Assembly (NCBI RefSeq): GCF_009914755.1
Contig: NC_060933.1
Direction: 5' to 3' (one strand)
DNA length: 64,000 nt
Source: the human T2T-CHM13v2.0 reference genome, Homo sapiens
Shown: piece by piece, positions 44,802 to 58,045 of the stretch
Position numbering within the stretch: the first letter of the stretch is position 1
Layout: each line of letters begins with the position of its first letter
Made by a program: the position numbers and the translations under genes
The notes under the pieces: generated by a model
The model's database searches: none
Told to the model about the DNA's origin: nothing
Seen by the model: only the letters and a program-made list of their open reading frames with translations

Positions 44802-46399
44802 GCAACCAAGTAGAGAAATACGATTATTTGTCCAGAGAGAAAACTTCAGGGGCACTGGGAGATGCAAAATGTTCAGGAAGCATCCAGGTACACTATGTGG
44901 TCAGGGACAACTATCACAGGGAGATGAGACAGCTAGAGGCCAGATGGTAAAGCATCTTTGGTGCCCAACTAAGAGAATTTAGACCTTATATTTTAGACAG
45001 TAGGGAGCCTACCTGTGTCTTAGAATCACCCCTCTGGCTGCATGGTGGAGATGGATAGGAGAGAGGAGCCCAGCAGAGGGAATACATTCAAGGAGCAGCT
45101 CCCATCCCAGGCAGCCTGGAGGTGGTTATCTCTCCTGATGAACTTCAAGGACCTGTATCTAATCCCTCCAGCTCCTCCTGTCTGCCTCCTCTTTGTTAAA
45201 TGTCCCTTACAACTCCCCACCCTGTCCCCATTAATGTATCCCTCTTTTATCTCCATACTTGTAATTTTATTTTCCAGATTAACCTGCTTTTATCTGCTCA
45301 CATTAACCTTAAAAGTAACACGGATCGTTTTTTCTCTAATATAATCTCTCTGGCCATCTATTCAGCCTCTTCCTCTCAGCAGTTCTACTCATCACATCTT
45401 TTTGAAATATACTTGGGAAAAATGGTGGTGCAAAGCAACAAGGGCAAAGAGAAAAATTCCCCCCGGAGTACACATCTAATCATCTTTGCCTTTTTTTCAC
45501 CCAGATGGGTGTCTGATTGCACTCAAATCAAGATTCAGTCTTCAGTGCCCAAAGGCGGCAGAGTGTGTAAAGAGCAAACATATGCAGCAACTTGAAAATA
45601 CCATAGAGAGGCTTCCACCAAACCAGAGAACTAAAAGAAGCCTAGCATTTAGAGAAAATGTTCCTCATTGAGAGGCTTGAAAGCTCAACCCAGGTTACTC
45701 TGTGAGTTCATTGCTGAACTGAACTTGGAGTACTGGTCATTCGTTTCCTGAGATGCTTTCAAGATCTAAGTTCAGTTTTTACAGCATCAGTGCTCCAGCC
45801 ACACTGAACCTCTCTCAGTCCCTGGAGCACACTCTGCTCTCTCTCTCCTGTGCTTCTCCCCACCACCCTATACCTGACAGCTCCTCATCCTTCAGATTTC
45901 AGGTTGGAGGTGACATCCTCTAAGCAGCCCTCCTGTACTCATCATGCAGGAAGAGGGATGCCTCTCTCCTCTGGGCAGCCCAGGGCTGCTCCTCTCCCAG
46001 CTCTTCTAGTAAGTCTGACCACTCCTGGGTTTCAGCTGCCTCAGCCTGGGAGACACAGGCACACCATTACTGCTGTGGCTCTATGTGCAAAACTTAGACA
46101 CAATCACCTTTGGCAACTCCTTCCCCTTCCTGGGCCTCAGTTTTTCCATCTCTAAAATAAGTGGGTTGGGCTTGAACATTTTCTGAGGTGCTGACAGATG
46201 TTGTATAAGAGAAAAAAGTTTCCAACTTGAGAATGCTAATTGGGTTTCTGTGTTGTAAGACCACTTCTGAAAACCCTGACCATGCTACTACCTGGGAAGT
46301 TCTAAGAGGGAGCTATTATTATTGTTGTTATTATTGGTCTTAGTATTAGTAGTAGCAGTATTTTCCTCTCTCCACCACGTCATATAGAACTTACAGTTT

Positions 46400-46620
46400 C
46401 TTGATGATTACTATGCACCAGACACTATTCTAAGTGTCTTATAAGCATCAACTCACTTAATGACTTTAACAACCTGAATTATTGCTGCAATTTAATAGAT
46501 GAGGATGCTAAGGCATGGAGAGGTTAAGAGATCTGCCTAAGGCCACACAACTGGGAAGTGGGAGAAACAGAATTCAAATGCAGGCAGGATGACTTTCAAG
46601 ATGGTGCTTTTAACCACTGG
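46400..46620 (-). mobile_element. MIR
   Basis: tagatgaggatgctaaggcatggagaggttaag...aaggccacac. Confidence 0.65.
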
Positions 46621-48852
46621 GTCATTGGAGGCATCTCAAAGGATGAGGGCTTCACAAGCCCAGACAGTAGAAAAAAGTTTTCTCAAAGTTCGTTGAGATT
46701 TCACCCAGTTTTCCGTCACTGGCTTGGGAACTGCTGTATTAGCCTGATCATCGGCAGCTGTGTGTCTGCTGATCAGCTAGCATTACCTACCCATTGCCCC
46801 TCCTCCTAACAGCCTCCTGCCCCACCTCTCGGACTGGGCCTCCTTGGCTACAAAAAGCTGCCGAAACAAAACACTAATCCATAGTAGGGGGCTGACCACC
46901 ACAACAAACTCCTCTCTGGAAAGGCTGATTCAGCCTGATCTCCATCCACTGGTCCCCTCCAACTCCCTACACCACAGGTTGTTGAAGTCCTTCCTGTATC
47001 CTGCCTGATCACATCACCTGGGTTAAGACACACAGATGTGATGTCAGGATAGCCTCAGTGAGGGAAAGAAGATGCCTGTTGTCTGCCTCGAACATTTTCA
47101 TGCTCAGCTTGTGAGAGCAGAAGACAGAGATCACCAGTCCCAGCAGGATGCTAATCATCCCAGGGAATGGCTGCCAACAAATGAGGCTTCCAGGAGCTCC
47201 ATCCTTGTGTCTTCCTTCAGTGTCTTCCTCTGAATCTGCTCAGCTGCTACTGTTGTGTCACTGAACCTCAGAGAAGGAGCTGAGTGATTTTATAAACTTC
47301 AGGATTCCAAGCTGAAGGAGTCTTAGAAATTATTTAACCTGTTTCATCATGTACACTCAGAGAAACTGAGGCACACCAAGTGGAAAGGGCCTTTCCAGGT
47401 TCACACTATGAGTTAGTGGCAGAGTTAGGATCACAACTGGAATTTTCTGCTTCCCAGTTCAGCATTTTTTTCAATAACACAGTTTTTTTTTTTAGATAGC
47501 TAGAGGAGGGAGACCTTTCTAGGGACAATTGTTACAATAGTCTCATATTGTAGATGGGGAACTGAGGTCCAGAAAGAGGAAAAGACTTGCCCCAAATCAC
47601 AAAACCCTGTGGTTATTTGGAGTTATTGGTGTTTATATCATACTTCCCACCTGAGCCTGTGAGAATCATGAAAACTGAGTCCCTCCTGGATTCATCTCTG
47701 TACCTAGGAAATGCCTGGCACAGAACAAGTGCTCAATAAATAATGGCTAAATGGATGCTAGATCTAAGAACAAATGAATAAATGCATAGATGAATGAATA
47801 AATGCATGAATGAATTAATAAATAAATGTATCTAGCTTAAGGTTTTGGTCCCTCTTGGGAAGAAACCCCTAAGGAAGTAATACTTGAGGTTATCACTCAT
47901 GTATATCAGAATTTAAATCAGTCTTGTATGTTTTTCTAAGCATGCAGTTTGATGAACAGGGAACAAGCAATCCATAACAGCCAGGAAAGTTGCCAGGTGG
48001 GAGGAAAAGCTTAGATCTGGTAGGGTGAGACTGCTAGACAGATAACATGTTTACATTTCTCTCCAGGTTATAAAATTTTCTTCATACTCATTATCTCATT
48101 AATCTTCAAGACAGCTCAGTGTGGTATATAAATTGTGCCTGCTTCACAGATGAAGAGACTGAGGGTCATAGATAGAAAAGAACTAGCACATGGCCCTTCA
48201 AATCCTGGGTGCAGAATCAGGCTTGGAATCCAAGCCCTCCCATTCCCTTCTCTGCCTTGCTATTTTGGAGATTGTGTTGAGAGGGCTAGGTTGGGTCCTA
48301 AGGGTACCCCCTTGTACTTTTAAACAAAAGCCAATGTGGCTTTTCCAGAAAGGAATCTGAAAACAGCTGGTGTCACTGCACTGGGACCCTGTGGGCTCAG
48401 GAAGGATTAAACTCCAGCTCCATGGACCAAGCTCATTTCTCACTCTGTCTCATTAGGAGTGGCCGTCAGCGTCTACAGTGGGGAGCTTGCCCATCATCCA
48501 CTCACACTTCCTGCTCACAGGGACAGCCCCACTGGCTGCTCCAGCCCACATCAGATGTCAATTTCTTGGAGACAAATGGTGGGGCTTTTACTAAGAAACC
48601 AAAATGTGTTCTTTGTTCAACCAATATTTACTCAGCACCCTACTGTGTGTATCCCTATGTGCTAGGTGCTCTGGGGAAAAAGAGAATGAACAGTCCTACT
48701 ACATGTTAAGCATGATACTAGATATTATATATACTTGTCTTATTTATTATTATTATTATTGGTGTTATCATTGTTATTATTAAAGGCTACCTTTTATTGA
48801 GTACTTATGCTTTGCTAGAATTTACCAGGCACTTTTTATTTCCTCTTCTATA

Positions 48853-48897
48853 ATGATGATGATGATGACGATGATGACAACGATGATGATGATGATG
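48853..48897. repeat. (GAT)n interrupted trinucleotide repeat
   Basis: Seen directly. Confidence 0.9.
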
Positions 48898-49670
48898 GTT
48901 GTACAGGGCTGAAAATGTCCTCCCAAAGTTAAGGCACACCTAGAATCTCAGAATGTGCTCTTATTTGGAAATAGGGTCTTTGTAGATATAATCAAGTTAA
49001 TATGAAGACATACTGGATTAAGGTGATCATGCCTGCCCTCAAGGAGCATAACATCTTGGAAGGATGATAAGTTATTTAGAAAGAAAGGTATACTACAAGA
49101 TAACATCTAAAGTTGCCTTAAAATTAGATGGAGACCAGATTATAGTAATGGTTGCACAATTCTATAAATTTACTAAAAATCATTGAATTGTACAATTCAA
49201 TGTCAAAACTGTAAAATCATTGACTTTTATGGCATGTAAATTATGCCTCAGTGAAGGTCTTAAAAACAATAGAATTGAAAGAATAAAGGGAAAGAGTGAC
49301 ATTTAAGTTGCATGAGCCAGCCCAATTTATCTACAAGGGCCTATAGGAATAAGCATGAAGCTGAGATTTTCAAGGGTTCATGAGCTTCTGTGGGGAAGGG
49401 GAGAAGGAAATAGTGTGTTCAAAACACACACACAAATGCAACCTGTAAAGTAAAAATCAAGAGTTTAATATCTCTAAAATGTAACACTATGTTAACTATG
49501 TCAACGGTAGTCCATTTTAAATTTTAAGGAAATATATGTAATGTAAGGTGTGAAGGCATTTCACAAAGTTTCCCAAAATAAGAATGTCCAGGGTCTATAA
49601 AACCTTAAAGTGACCTTAGTTATGAACACAAGTCCTGTCCTTTTGTACCATGAATTCCTTGGGTTTAATG

Positions 49671-49888
49671 CAGAAGTCAACAAACTTTTTCTGTAAATAT
49701 TCAGCCTGTAAATATTTTAGGCTTTGTGAGTCATCTCGTCTTTGTAGCAATTACCCAACTCCGCCATTGTAGCCTGAAAACAGCCATCGACAATATACCA
49801 ACAAGAGTGTAGCTATGCTATAATAAAAGTTTATTTACAAATCAAGCAGCTACTAGATTTGGCCTGTGGGCTGCAGCCTGCTGATCCA
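49671..49888. mobile_element. MER58A hAT MITE
   Basis: caaactttttctgtaaa...gtaaatattttaggctttg...caactccgccattgtagc...taaaagtttatttacaaa...gatttggcctgtgggctg. Confidence 0.85.
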
Positions 49889-50164
49889 AGCCCAGCTTGG
49901 TGGTGGGGACACTGTGCTGGTTTCAGAAAATTGGGGTTCTCCTGGCTCCACAATGGACTCATTCTTTGAATTTAGCCAAGTCACTTATTTGGATGTGGCT
50001 TCTTAATTCCAATTCTATCAGAAAGTAGGGAATAAGGTTACTTTCAAAGAGTGCATCTCCTTAGGCCTCCAGGAAATGCTGAAACACCAGGTTTCAGAAG
50101 GAACAGCTGGGGGCTGCAGCTGCAGGCTGGCCACCTCTCTCTCCCTCTCTCCGCCCCTGCCATC

Positions 50165-50397
50165 TCTGCATATGGTTAGCCAGTTTTCCCAGCACCATTT
50201 ACTGAATAGGAGATCCTTTCCCCATTGCTTGTTTTTGTCAGGTTTGTCAAAGATCAGATGGTTGTAGATGTGTAGTGTTATTTCTGAGGTCTCTGTTCTG
50301 CTCCGTTGGTCTAGATGTCTGTTTTGGTACCAGTACCTTGCTGTTTTGCTTACTGTAGCCTTGCGGTATAGTTTGAAGTCAGGTAGCATGATGCCTC
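50165..50397 (-). mobile_element. Tail-less internal L1 ORF2 fragment duplicating 51655-51887
   Basis: 220/233 ungapped identity to the adjacent L1 at offset 1490; no poly(A); flanked by C/T-rich DNA. Confidence 0.92.
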
Positions 50398-50496
50398 TCT
50401 CCCCCCCAGCCCCCCACCCCTGACACATAGACTTGCATAACATTTTTCTCTCTCTTTCTTGCTCACTTTCTTTCCGTCTCTGTCACTCTCCAAGCT

Positions 50497-52043
50497 TCTT
50501 TTTTTTTTCTCTACTTCTTCTTAAAAAAAACAGGATACATACGACAAACATGCAGGTTTATTACATAGGTATCCATGTGCCATGATGGTTTGCTATACCT
50601 GCTGACCTAAGTTCCCTCCCCTCACCCCCTACCCCACAACAAGCCCTGGTGTGTGTTGTTCCTCTGTCCATGTGTTCTCAACGTTCAACTCCCACTTATG
50701 AGTGAGAACATGTGGTGTTTGGTTTCCTGTTCCTGTGTTAGTTTGCTGAGGATGATGGCTTCCAGCTTCATCTATGTCCCTGCAAAGGAAACTATCTCAT
50801 TCCTTTTTATGGCTGCATAGTATTCCATGGTGTATAGGTACCACATTTTCTTTACCCAGTCTATTATTGATGGACATTTGGGTTGGTTCCATGTCTTTGC
50901 ATAGTGCTGTAATAAACATATGTGGCATGTGTCTTCATAGTAGAATGATATATATTCCTTTGGGTATATACCCTGTAGTAGGATTGCTGTGTCAAATGGT
51001 ATTTCTGGTTCTAGATCCTTGAAGAATCTCCACACTGTCTTCCACAATGGTTGAACTAATTTACATTCCCAAAAACAGTGTAAAAGCATTCCTATTTCTC
51101 CACAGCCTCATCAGCATCTATTGTTTCCTGACTTTTTAATAATTGTCATTCTGACTGGCGTGAGATGGTATCTCATTGCGATTTTGATTTGCATTTCTCT
51201 GATGATCAGTGATGTTGAGCTTTTTTCATATTTTTGTTGGCTGAGTAAATGTCTTCTTTTGAGAAGTGTCTGTTCATATCCTTTGACCACTTTTTGAGTT
51301 TTTTTTTTTTTAATGTTTAAGTTCCTTGTAAATTCTGAATATTAGACCTTTGCCAGATGGGTAGATTGCAAAAATTTTCTCCCATTCTGTAGGTTTCCTG
51401 TTCACTCTGACGATAGTTTCTTTTGCTGTGCAGAAGCTCTTTAGTTTAATTAGATCCCATTTGTCAATTTTGGCTTTTGTTGCAATTGCTTTTGGCATTT
51501 TTATCATGAAGTATTTGCCCATGCCTATGTCCTGAATGGTATTGCCTAGGTTTTCTGCCAGGGTTTTTATGGTTTTGGGTTTTACAATTAAGTCTTTAAT
51601 CCATCTTGAGTTAATTTTTGTATAAGGTGTAAGGAAGGGATCCAGTTTCAGTTTTCTGCGTATGGCTAGCCAGTTTTCCCAGCACCATTTACTGAATAGG
51701 AGATCCTTTCCCCATTGCTTGTTTTTGTCAGGTTTGTCAAAGATCAGATGGTTGTAGATGTGTAGTGTTATTTCTGAGGTCTCTGTTCTGCTCCATTTGT
51801 CTGTATGTCTGTTTTGGTACTAGCACTATGCTGTTTTGCTTACCGTAGCCTTGTAGTATAGTTTGAAGTCAGGTAGCATGATGCCTCCAGCTTTGTTCTT
51901 TTTACTTAGGATTATCTTGGCTATACAGGGTCTTCTTTGATTCCACATGAAATTTTAAATAGTTTTTTTTCCAGTTCTCTGAAGAATGTCAATGGTAGTT
52001 TGATGGGAATAGCACTGAATATATAAATTACTTTAGGTAGTAT
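50497..52043 (-). mobile_element. 5'-truncated L1PA8-like element
   Basis: Antisense 3'UTR and ORF2 (ORFs 50772-51089, 51310-51522); TSD TCTCCAAGCT 50487-50496 / 52043-52052. Confidence 0.95.
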
Positions 52044-52303
52044 CTCCAAGCTGCTTCTGTCTAATTTTAAGCATTGACAATGAGGGCTGCCCCAGCCACA
52101 GTGTTTATAAGACTTTCCAGCACTTGAAGTGGCTACCAACTGGTTCATTCCCTGAGTTTCCCAAGTCCAAACTCCTCAGGAAGGAACCCAGGGGCCTGCC
52201 TCATCTTGAGTCAGAGCACAGCTCATGGGCCACTGTAGAACCTGAGAATTTGTGGCCCTCCATTGAAGGGTGCACATTGCTTAATCCAGTCTTTGTGGTC
52301 TGG

Positions 52304-52660
52304 TGCTATGGTCTGAATGTTTGTGCTCCCCCAAAAATGTAAGAGCCCAAATCTAATCACTAATGTGATGGTAATAGGAGGCATTTTTGGGAGGTGATTA
52401 GGTCATGAGAGTAAACTCCTTATGAATGGAATTAGTGCCCTTACAAAAGAGGCTCCAGAAAGCTGCCTTGCCTCTTCCACCAGGCGGGAATACCATTAGA
52501 AGGCCGTATCTATGAACCAGAAAACAGACCCTCACCAGATGCTGAATCTTCCTTGATCATGGACTTCCTAATCTCCAGAACTGTGAGAAACAAATTTGTG
52601 TTGTTTATAAGCTAACCAGTTTATGGTATTTTGTTACAGCAGCCCAAACGGACTAAGACA
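52304..52660 (+). mobile_element. MLT1A0-like MaLR solo LTR
   Basis: TG...CA termini (tgctatggtctgaatgtttgtg...ggactaagaca); 5-bp TSD TCTGG / TCTGA. Confidence 0.9.
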
Positions 52661-53640
52661 TCTGAGATTGGGGAAAGAACAAGGGAAAAGATTCAAAGCA
52701 TGGCTGTTTAGGAGATCAGCACTAAGTCTCTCTGGGTTATATCACTCCCTAAGAGAAGGGAGCCTAAGGGTTAGTAGAGAAAATGTGGGCTTTATCCAGA
52801 TTAAGGGGATGCTGCTATACCAATTGTGCTTCCACAGTGACCTTGGGCAAGTCATACCAACTCTTAGCTTTAGCTTCTTCATCTATAAAATGGGGTAATA
52901 ATTATTTCCCTAGATGAATATCCTGAAAAAAAGATAAAACTAATATCAATACTGAGAAATACAGTAGACACTCAATGCATAGCAGCTTCTTTTACTATTA
53001 TAGGGATAATGGCGTTTACTCTATTTGGGCACTGTATTTATCAATTTGAAGCAATTTAGTTAAGCATTTATTGAGTGTAAACTATGTACATGAGTGTCAT
53101 TATGCATAAAAAGCCTCTGAGAAGTGCTAAGCCATGGACATGTGTGTGGGTTCTGCTCCTGGTGTTATTATTATTATCATTCTGCACCTGGTGGATTGGC
53201 TCCAGAGTGCTGGGCCGAAGTTGCACAAGACAATCTGAGTTAGGGATTCTTGGCAGGCAGGCAGGCAGAGACAGACTCCTGCAATGAAGGCAATACAGCT
53301 CTAAATAGATAGCCAGGGGACTTTTTTTTTCTATATTAAACTATTGATTTTTCATAAACTAAGAGCACAAAAGGCCAGTGAAAACAATTGAATCCCAAAG
53401 CAGGACACCAAAAAAATTAGACAGCTCTTTGTCCCTTGTCGGCCACTTTCATGAAGTTACTTCCTTGTAGAGAAAAGATAAAACTTCTTTATTTCTAGGA
53501 AATAAATGGAAGGAAGGAAAGAAGGAAGAGAGGGAAAGAGGGGGGAAAGAAGGAAAGCGGGGGAAGGCACAGTATGAGAAAGGCACTCTGAACAGAATAC
53601 AGGAAACTTAAGTTCTATCCTGATCCAGCCACTGAGCAAA

Positions 53641-54315
53641 TTTCCTCTTCCTTCCTTCCTTCTTCCCTCTTTCTCTCTCTTTCTTTTTCTTTCTTCATTT
53701 CTCTCTTTCTTTCTCTTCCTTCCTTCTTGCTTTCCTTCCTTCCTTCCTCCCTCCCTTCCTCTTTCTTTCTCTTTCATTTCTCTTTCTCTTCCTTCCTTCT
53801 TTCCTTCCTTCCTTCCTTTCCTCCCTCCCTCCTTCCCCTCCCTTCCTTTCCTTTCCTCTTTCTTTCTCCCTTTCTCTCTTTCTTCCTTTCTCTCTTCTTT
53901 CCTTTCTTCTCTCCTTTTTTCCTTCCTTCCTCCCTCCCTCTCTCTTTCTTTCTTCTTTTCTCTTTCTCTTCCTTCCTTCTTTCCTTCCTTCCTTCCTCCC
54001 TCCCTCCTTCTCTCTCTCTTTCTTTCATTTCTCTTTCTTTCTCTTCCTTCCTTCTTTCCTTCCTTCCTTCCTTTCCTCCCTCCCTCCTTCCCCTCCTTTC
54101 CATTCCTTTTCTTCCCTTTCCTTTCCTTTCCTCTTTCTTCCTCTCTTCCTTTCTCTCTTTCTTTTATTTCTTCTCTCCTTTTTTCCTTCCTTCCTTCTTT
54201 CCTTCCTTCCCTTCCTTCCTTCCTTTCTTTCTTTCCTTCTCTTTCTTTCTCTTTCCTCTTTCTTTCTTTCTCTTTCCTCTTTCTTCCTTCGTTCCTTCGT
54301 TCCTTCCTTCCTTCT
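53641..54315. repeat. ~675-bp polypyrimidine (CTTC/CTTT/CCCT) low-complexity array
   Basis: Nearly purine-free + strand; generates the spurious F/S/L/P-rich and K/E/R/G-rich ORFs. Confidence 0.97.
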
Positions 54316-55494
54316 TATCAGAAAGTAAAACTTGCTGCTCTCCATGCTTGAACATTCTGTGACTCTGTTATGCAAGGGAGGTACAGAGGAGAATATGATA
54401 AAGGAAGGAAGAGGAGACCAAAAGAAGGTCCAGTGGACCTATGGGGATGATTCTGGCAGGATTCACTTTTTAGTTTCATCTGTACTCCAAGGTGAGCCCA
54501 GAGAATATTCCCATCAACAACCTTTGCTGCTAGTCAGAAATGGATCCAGTTAGTAGAGACCAAAGCTTTTTCAGTTGGGAGAGGGAGCCCTATTTAACAA
54601 AAATAAGTCAAAGTATCACTACAAAATTCTGGGCTTTGTGGAGCCCTGAAATGCAAGTTAATTAGCTTCAGGACCAATATTCCTTCACCCTGAAGCTGTG
54701 GCCTTGGGTAAAATGAGTAGGGAGAGGTGACTCAGAAAAAGACATTGTCCACTTCTCTCCAAGTCTAGCCCTCCCCATATGCCTTTAGGCTGCAATTTAA
54801 TGGTACTTAGTGAGCATCAGTTTGGCACTCGACATGCAGCCGCTCATAAAAATCTTTACCTTAGGAAGTAGAGATCGTGGTCTTCATTTTATGGTTTTGA
54901 CATAGGGGACCAGGTCACTCCTCCAAGAACCAAGCCTAGGGACCAAGTACAAGATCACCCTTTTGCCACTATCCATGACAGTCCCATGACATAGGTATTA
55001 TTACTCACATGCAAAAGATGCTCACAAAGGTAATCATATTTGGTGCATCATCCCTCGAGTTTATCTCTTTGGAATCAGCATAAAGAAATTGCTCCTGGAG
55101 CCACTATATTTTTCAGACATTGCTGCTCACCCTGGTTCTGGCAAGGAGCTTGGAGACACTCAGGAATCTGGGGCTACCTGTCAGATATCATCATATGAGC
55201 TGGCCACACAATGTATTTGCTTTCTTTCAAGTTCTTGAAAGGAGGAGGACTGGCTTGTAGAGCAGTGGTATTCTGGAAGGAAGCTAAACTTCCAGGCAGA
55301 TTCAATCTGTCCACCTTGGGCCATGGCTTACATCCTGGACCTGCTCACCTTGACCAGTGTCATGACTGTGTTCTTCTTTCAACCACAACAATTCAGCCAC
55401 AGGATTTTGCTATGCAACTAAAGGGACACCTCTACTCTAACTCAGGGTTAAATGCTGAACTGAATTCTCACCACTTCCAGAAGCCTTTCCTCTG

Positions 55495-55556
55495 CACTGC
55501 AACTCTCCATGAACTCTCTTCCTTTCACTGCAACTGTCCATGAACTCTATTCCTTT
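55495..55556. repeat. 31-bp tandem duplication
   Basis: CACTGCAACT[C/G]TCCATGAACTCT[C/A]TTCCTTT x2, 29/31 identical. Confidence 0.9.
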
Positions 55557-56714
55557 TGACATTTAGAACATTATTTCTATGTTTTAAAGAATTTAATTCA
55601 ATTCCACATGAGATCTCTGAGCTTCCTTTGGCAACAGGCTCTTATGGTTATTACTGCAGTAACTCTTCAAGGTGCCATGTGGCTCCTAGTTTGGGTTACT
55701 TTAGATGCAGACCACAGGAGGTAAGGATTGGAGTACAAGTAGTTTATATGAGGAAGCAATTCCCCATAATAGTAGAATGGAGAAGTTAGAAAGATGAAAG
55801 GAAGGCAGCCAGTAAAGGGTGGGCACCTGAGGAGTAAACTCTCTATGGGAATTCTGGAAGCCAGTGGAGAGTGTAGACTTCAGAGTTATCTCACCCATGA
55901 GGCCAGGGAGCTGGGAGATTTGCCAGCTCTGGTTAATCATTGTGCAGTGGGGCTATTTTCATCCCGCTGCATATTTGGGAAAAATAGGTTTTAATAGAGG
56001 AAGAGTTCAGGAAGTTGGAAGTCAGGCCAAGAGCATTGAAGTGGTCAGGGTGAAGGGAAAGGGAAAGGACACCAACCACATCTACTATGTCCCAGCCTCT
56101 CTAGCACATGGGGTTGTCTGGGAAATGGAATGGGCACTCATCACACCCGTAAATTGTTAGCACAGTGGGTGGCACATGATAAGCATCTTTAAAATGTCAG
56201 CGATTATTTTGTCTTTTTAAACAAGCACTGGATATGACTCTGATGAACTCAAGGCTCTTATACTCCCTAGGAGTGGAGAGACTGAGGCGTGTGCAGCGTC
56301 ACATTTGGAGAAATTAGACAGCGTAGCAGTGAAATGTATGTGACTTCCCCAAGAGTAGAATGCAAAGTCACAGAGTTTCTCAAATGAACATGCCCTTCTC
56401 CTAGAGGCCCTTCCCTATCCAGATTACAGTTTGCAAGACTGTCGCCAGTGCAGACTCTGAAGGGCAGTGGTGTGGTCGGCGGGTTCTTGTCATTGTCATT
56501 CCTTCTCAGAAAAGGTGGCTAATGAGGTTTCTTTGCTTGTAGGGTGGGACAATTTTTTTCCTTAACATTTCAATAAACAACGATTATACTAAGAACAGGG
56601 TCCTAAGTGCAAGTTAAATCTGTATAAATAACTTCTTGGGAGATTTTGAGCAAGCTCATAAGCCTCTGGTCCATAATCAGTTTCTCTCTTTTTCTTTTTA
56701 ATTGTGATTTTAAA

Positions 56715-58045
56715 GTATGATTTGTTTAAATATAATTTACATTCAGTAGAATTCACCATTTTGGGGTGTACAGTTTGGTGAGTTTTGACAAACAAAAAGT
56801 CATGTAAACACCACTCCATTAAGGTGTAGATATTTCCATCATCCATGGGAGCTCCCATGTGCACCTCTGCCTTCACTCCCCTCCCCTAGCCCCAGTGCCA
56901 GGAAACCACTGATTTAATTTCTGTTCCTATAGTTTTGCTTTCTCCAGAATGTTATATAAATGGAATCATACAGCATGTAGCTTGTTGTGTCTAACTTCTT
57001 TCACTTAACATAATGCTTTTTAAGATTCATTTATGTTGTTTCTTACATTAATAGTTTGTTTCTTTACATGATTGAGTAGAATTCCATATTATAGGTACAT
57101 TGCATCTTGTTTATCCATTCATTAGTTGATGAACACCAGGGTTGTTTCCAGTTTTTGACGTTCGATGAAGGCACTACAATCATTATGATACATGTCTTTG
57201 TGTGATCATATGTTTTTATTCATCTAGGATAAATACCCAAGTTGGATATCTGGATCTTATAGTGTTAGAGGCTCAATTGTGTCCCTGCAAATTTCATGTG
57301 TTGAAGCCCTAAACCCTAGTGCCTCAGAATGTGACTGTATTTGAGATAGAATTTGTATTGAAGATGTAGTTTGAAAGAGGCCACAGGAGAAATCAAACCT
57401 GCTAACGCCTTGATCTTGGATTTCTAACCTCCAGAATTATGAGAAAATAAATTTTTGTTTAAGCCAATAAAATACCAATCTGTGGTATTTTATTATGGCC
57501 ATCCTAGCAAACTAAGACATCTAATAAGTGCATGTATAACTTTATAAAAAACGAAATATTTTCCAAATTGGCGACACCATTTTATGTTCCAATAAACAAT
57601 ATGAGTCTCCGTTTCCTTACATACCCGCCTATTGATATTAGTCTCCCACCCCCCATTATAATTGGTATACAGTAACAACTCATTGTGATTTTAATTTGTA
57701 TTTCTTTAATGGCTAATGATGTTGAGCATTTATTCAAGTGTTTATTTGTCACCATCTCTTCTTTGGTGAAACACCTGTTGAAATTTTTCGCCCATTTCTT
57801 AACTTGTTTATTTTTTTATTAACAAGTTGTGAAAGTTCTTTTTATAGTCTAGTACAAATTCTTTATCAGGTAAATCTTTGCAACTATTGTTTCCTGTTTG
57901 TGGCTTGCTTTTTCATTTTTTACTGGTGTTTTTTGAAGAGTGGTAGTTCTATTAAGTACAATTTATGATTTGTTTTCTTTTATAACTTGCGCTTTTTGTG
58001 TCCAATCTAAGAAATCATTGCCTACCCGCCAAGTTTCAAAGATTT
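56715..58045 (-). mobile_element. L1MB/MC-type 3' region interrupted by an MLT1 LTR
   Basis: ataatttacattcagtagaattcacc...gtgtacagtttggtgagttttgacaaa...ccagaatgttatataaatggaatcatacag. Confidence 0.8.
57263..57519 (+). mobile_element. Internally deleted MLT1 LTR
   Basis: tgttgaagccctaaaccctagtgcctcagaatgtgactgtatt...gccttgatcttgga...aaactaagaca. Confidence 0.8.

Noticed and set aside
53457-54375. 211-aa hydrophobic ORF and K/E/R-rich ORFs
   Set aside because: Translations of the polypyrimidine/polypurine tract
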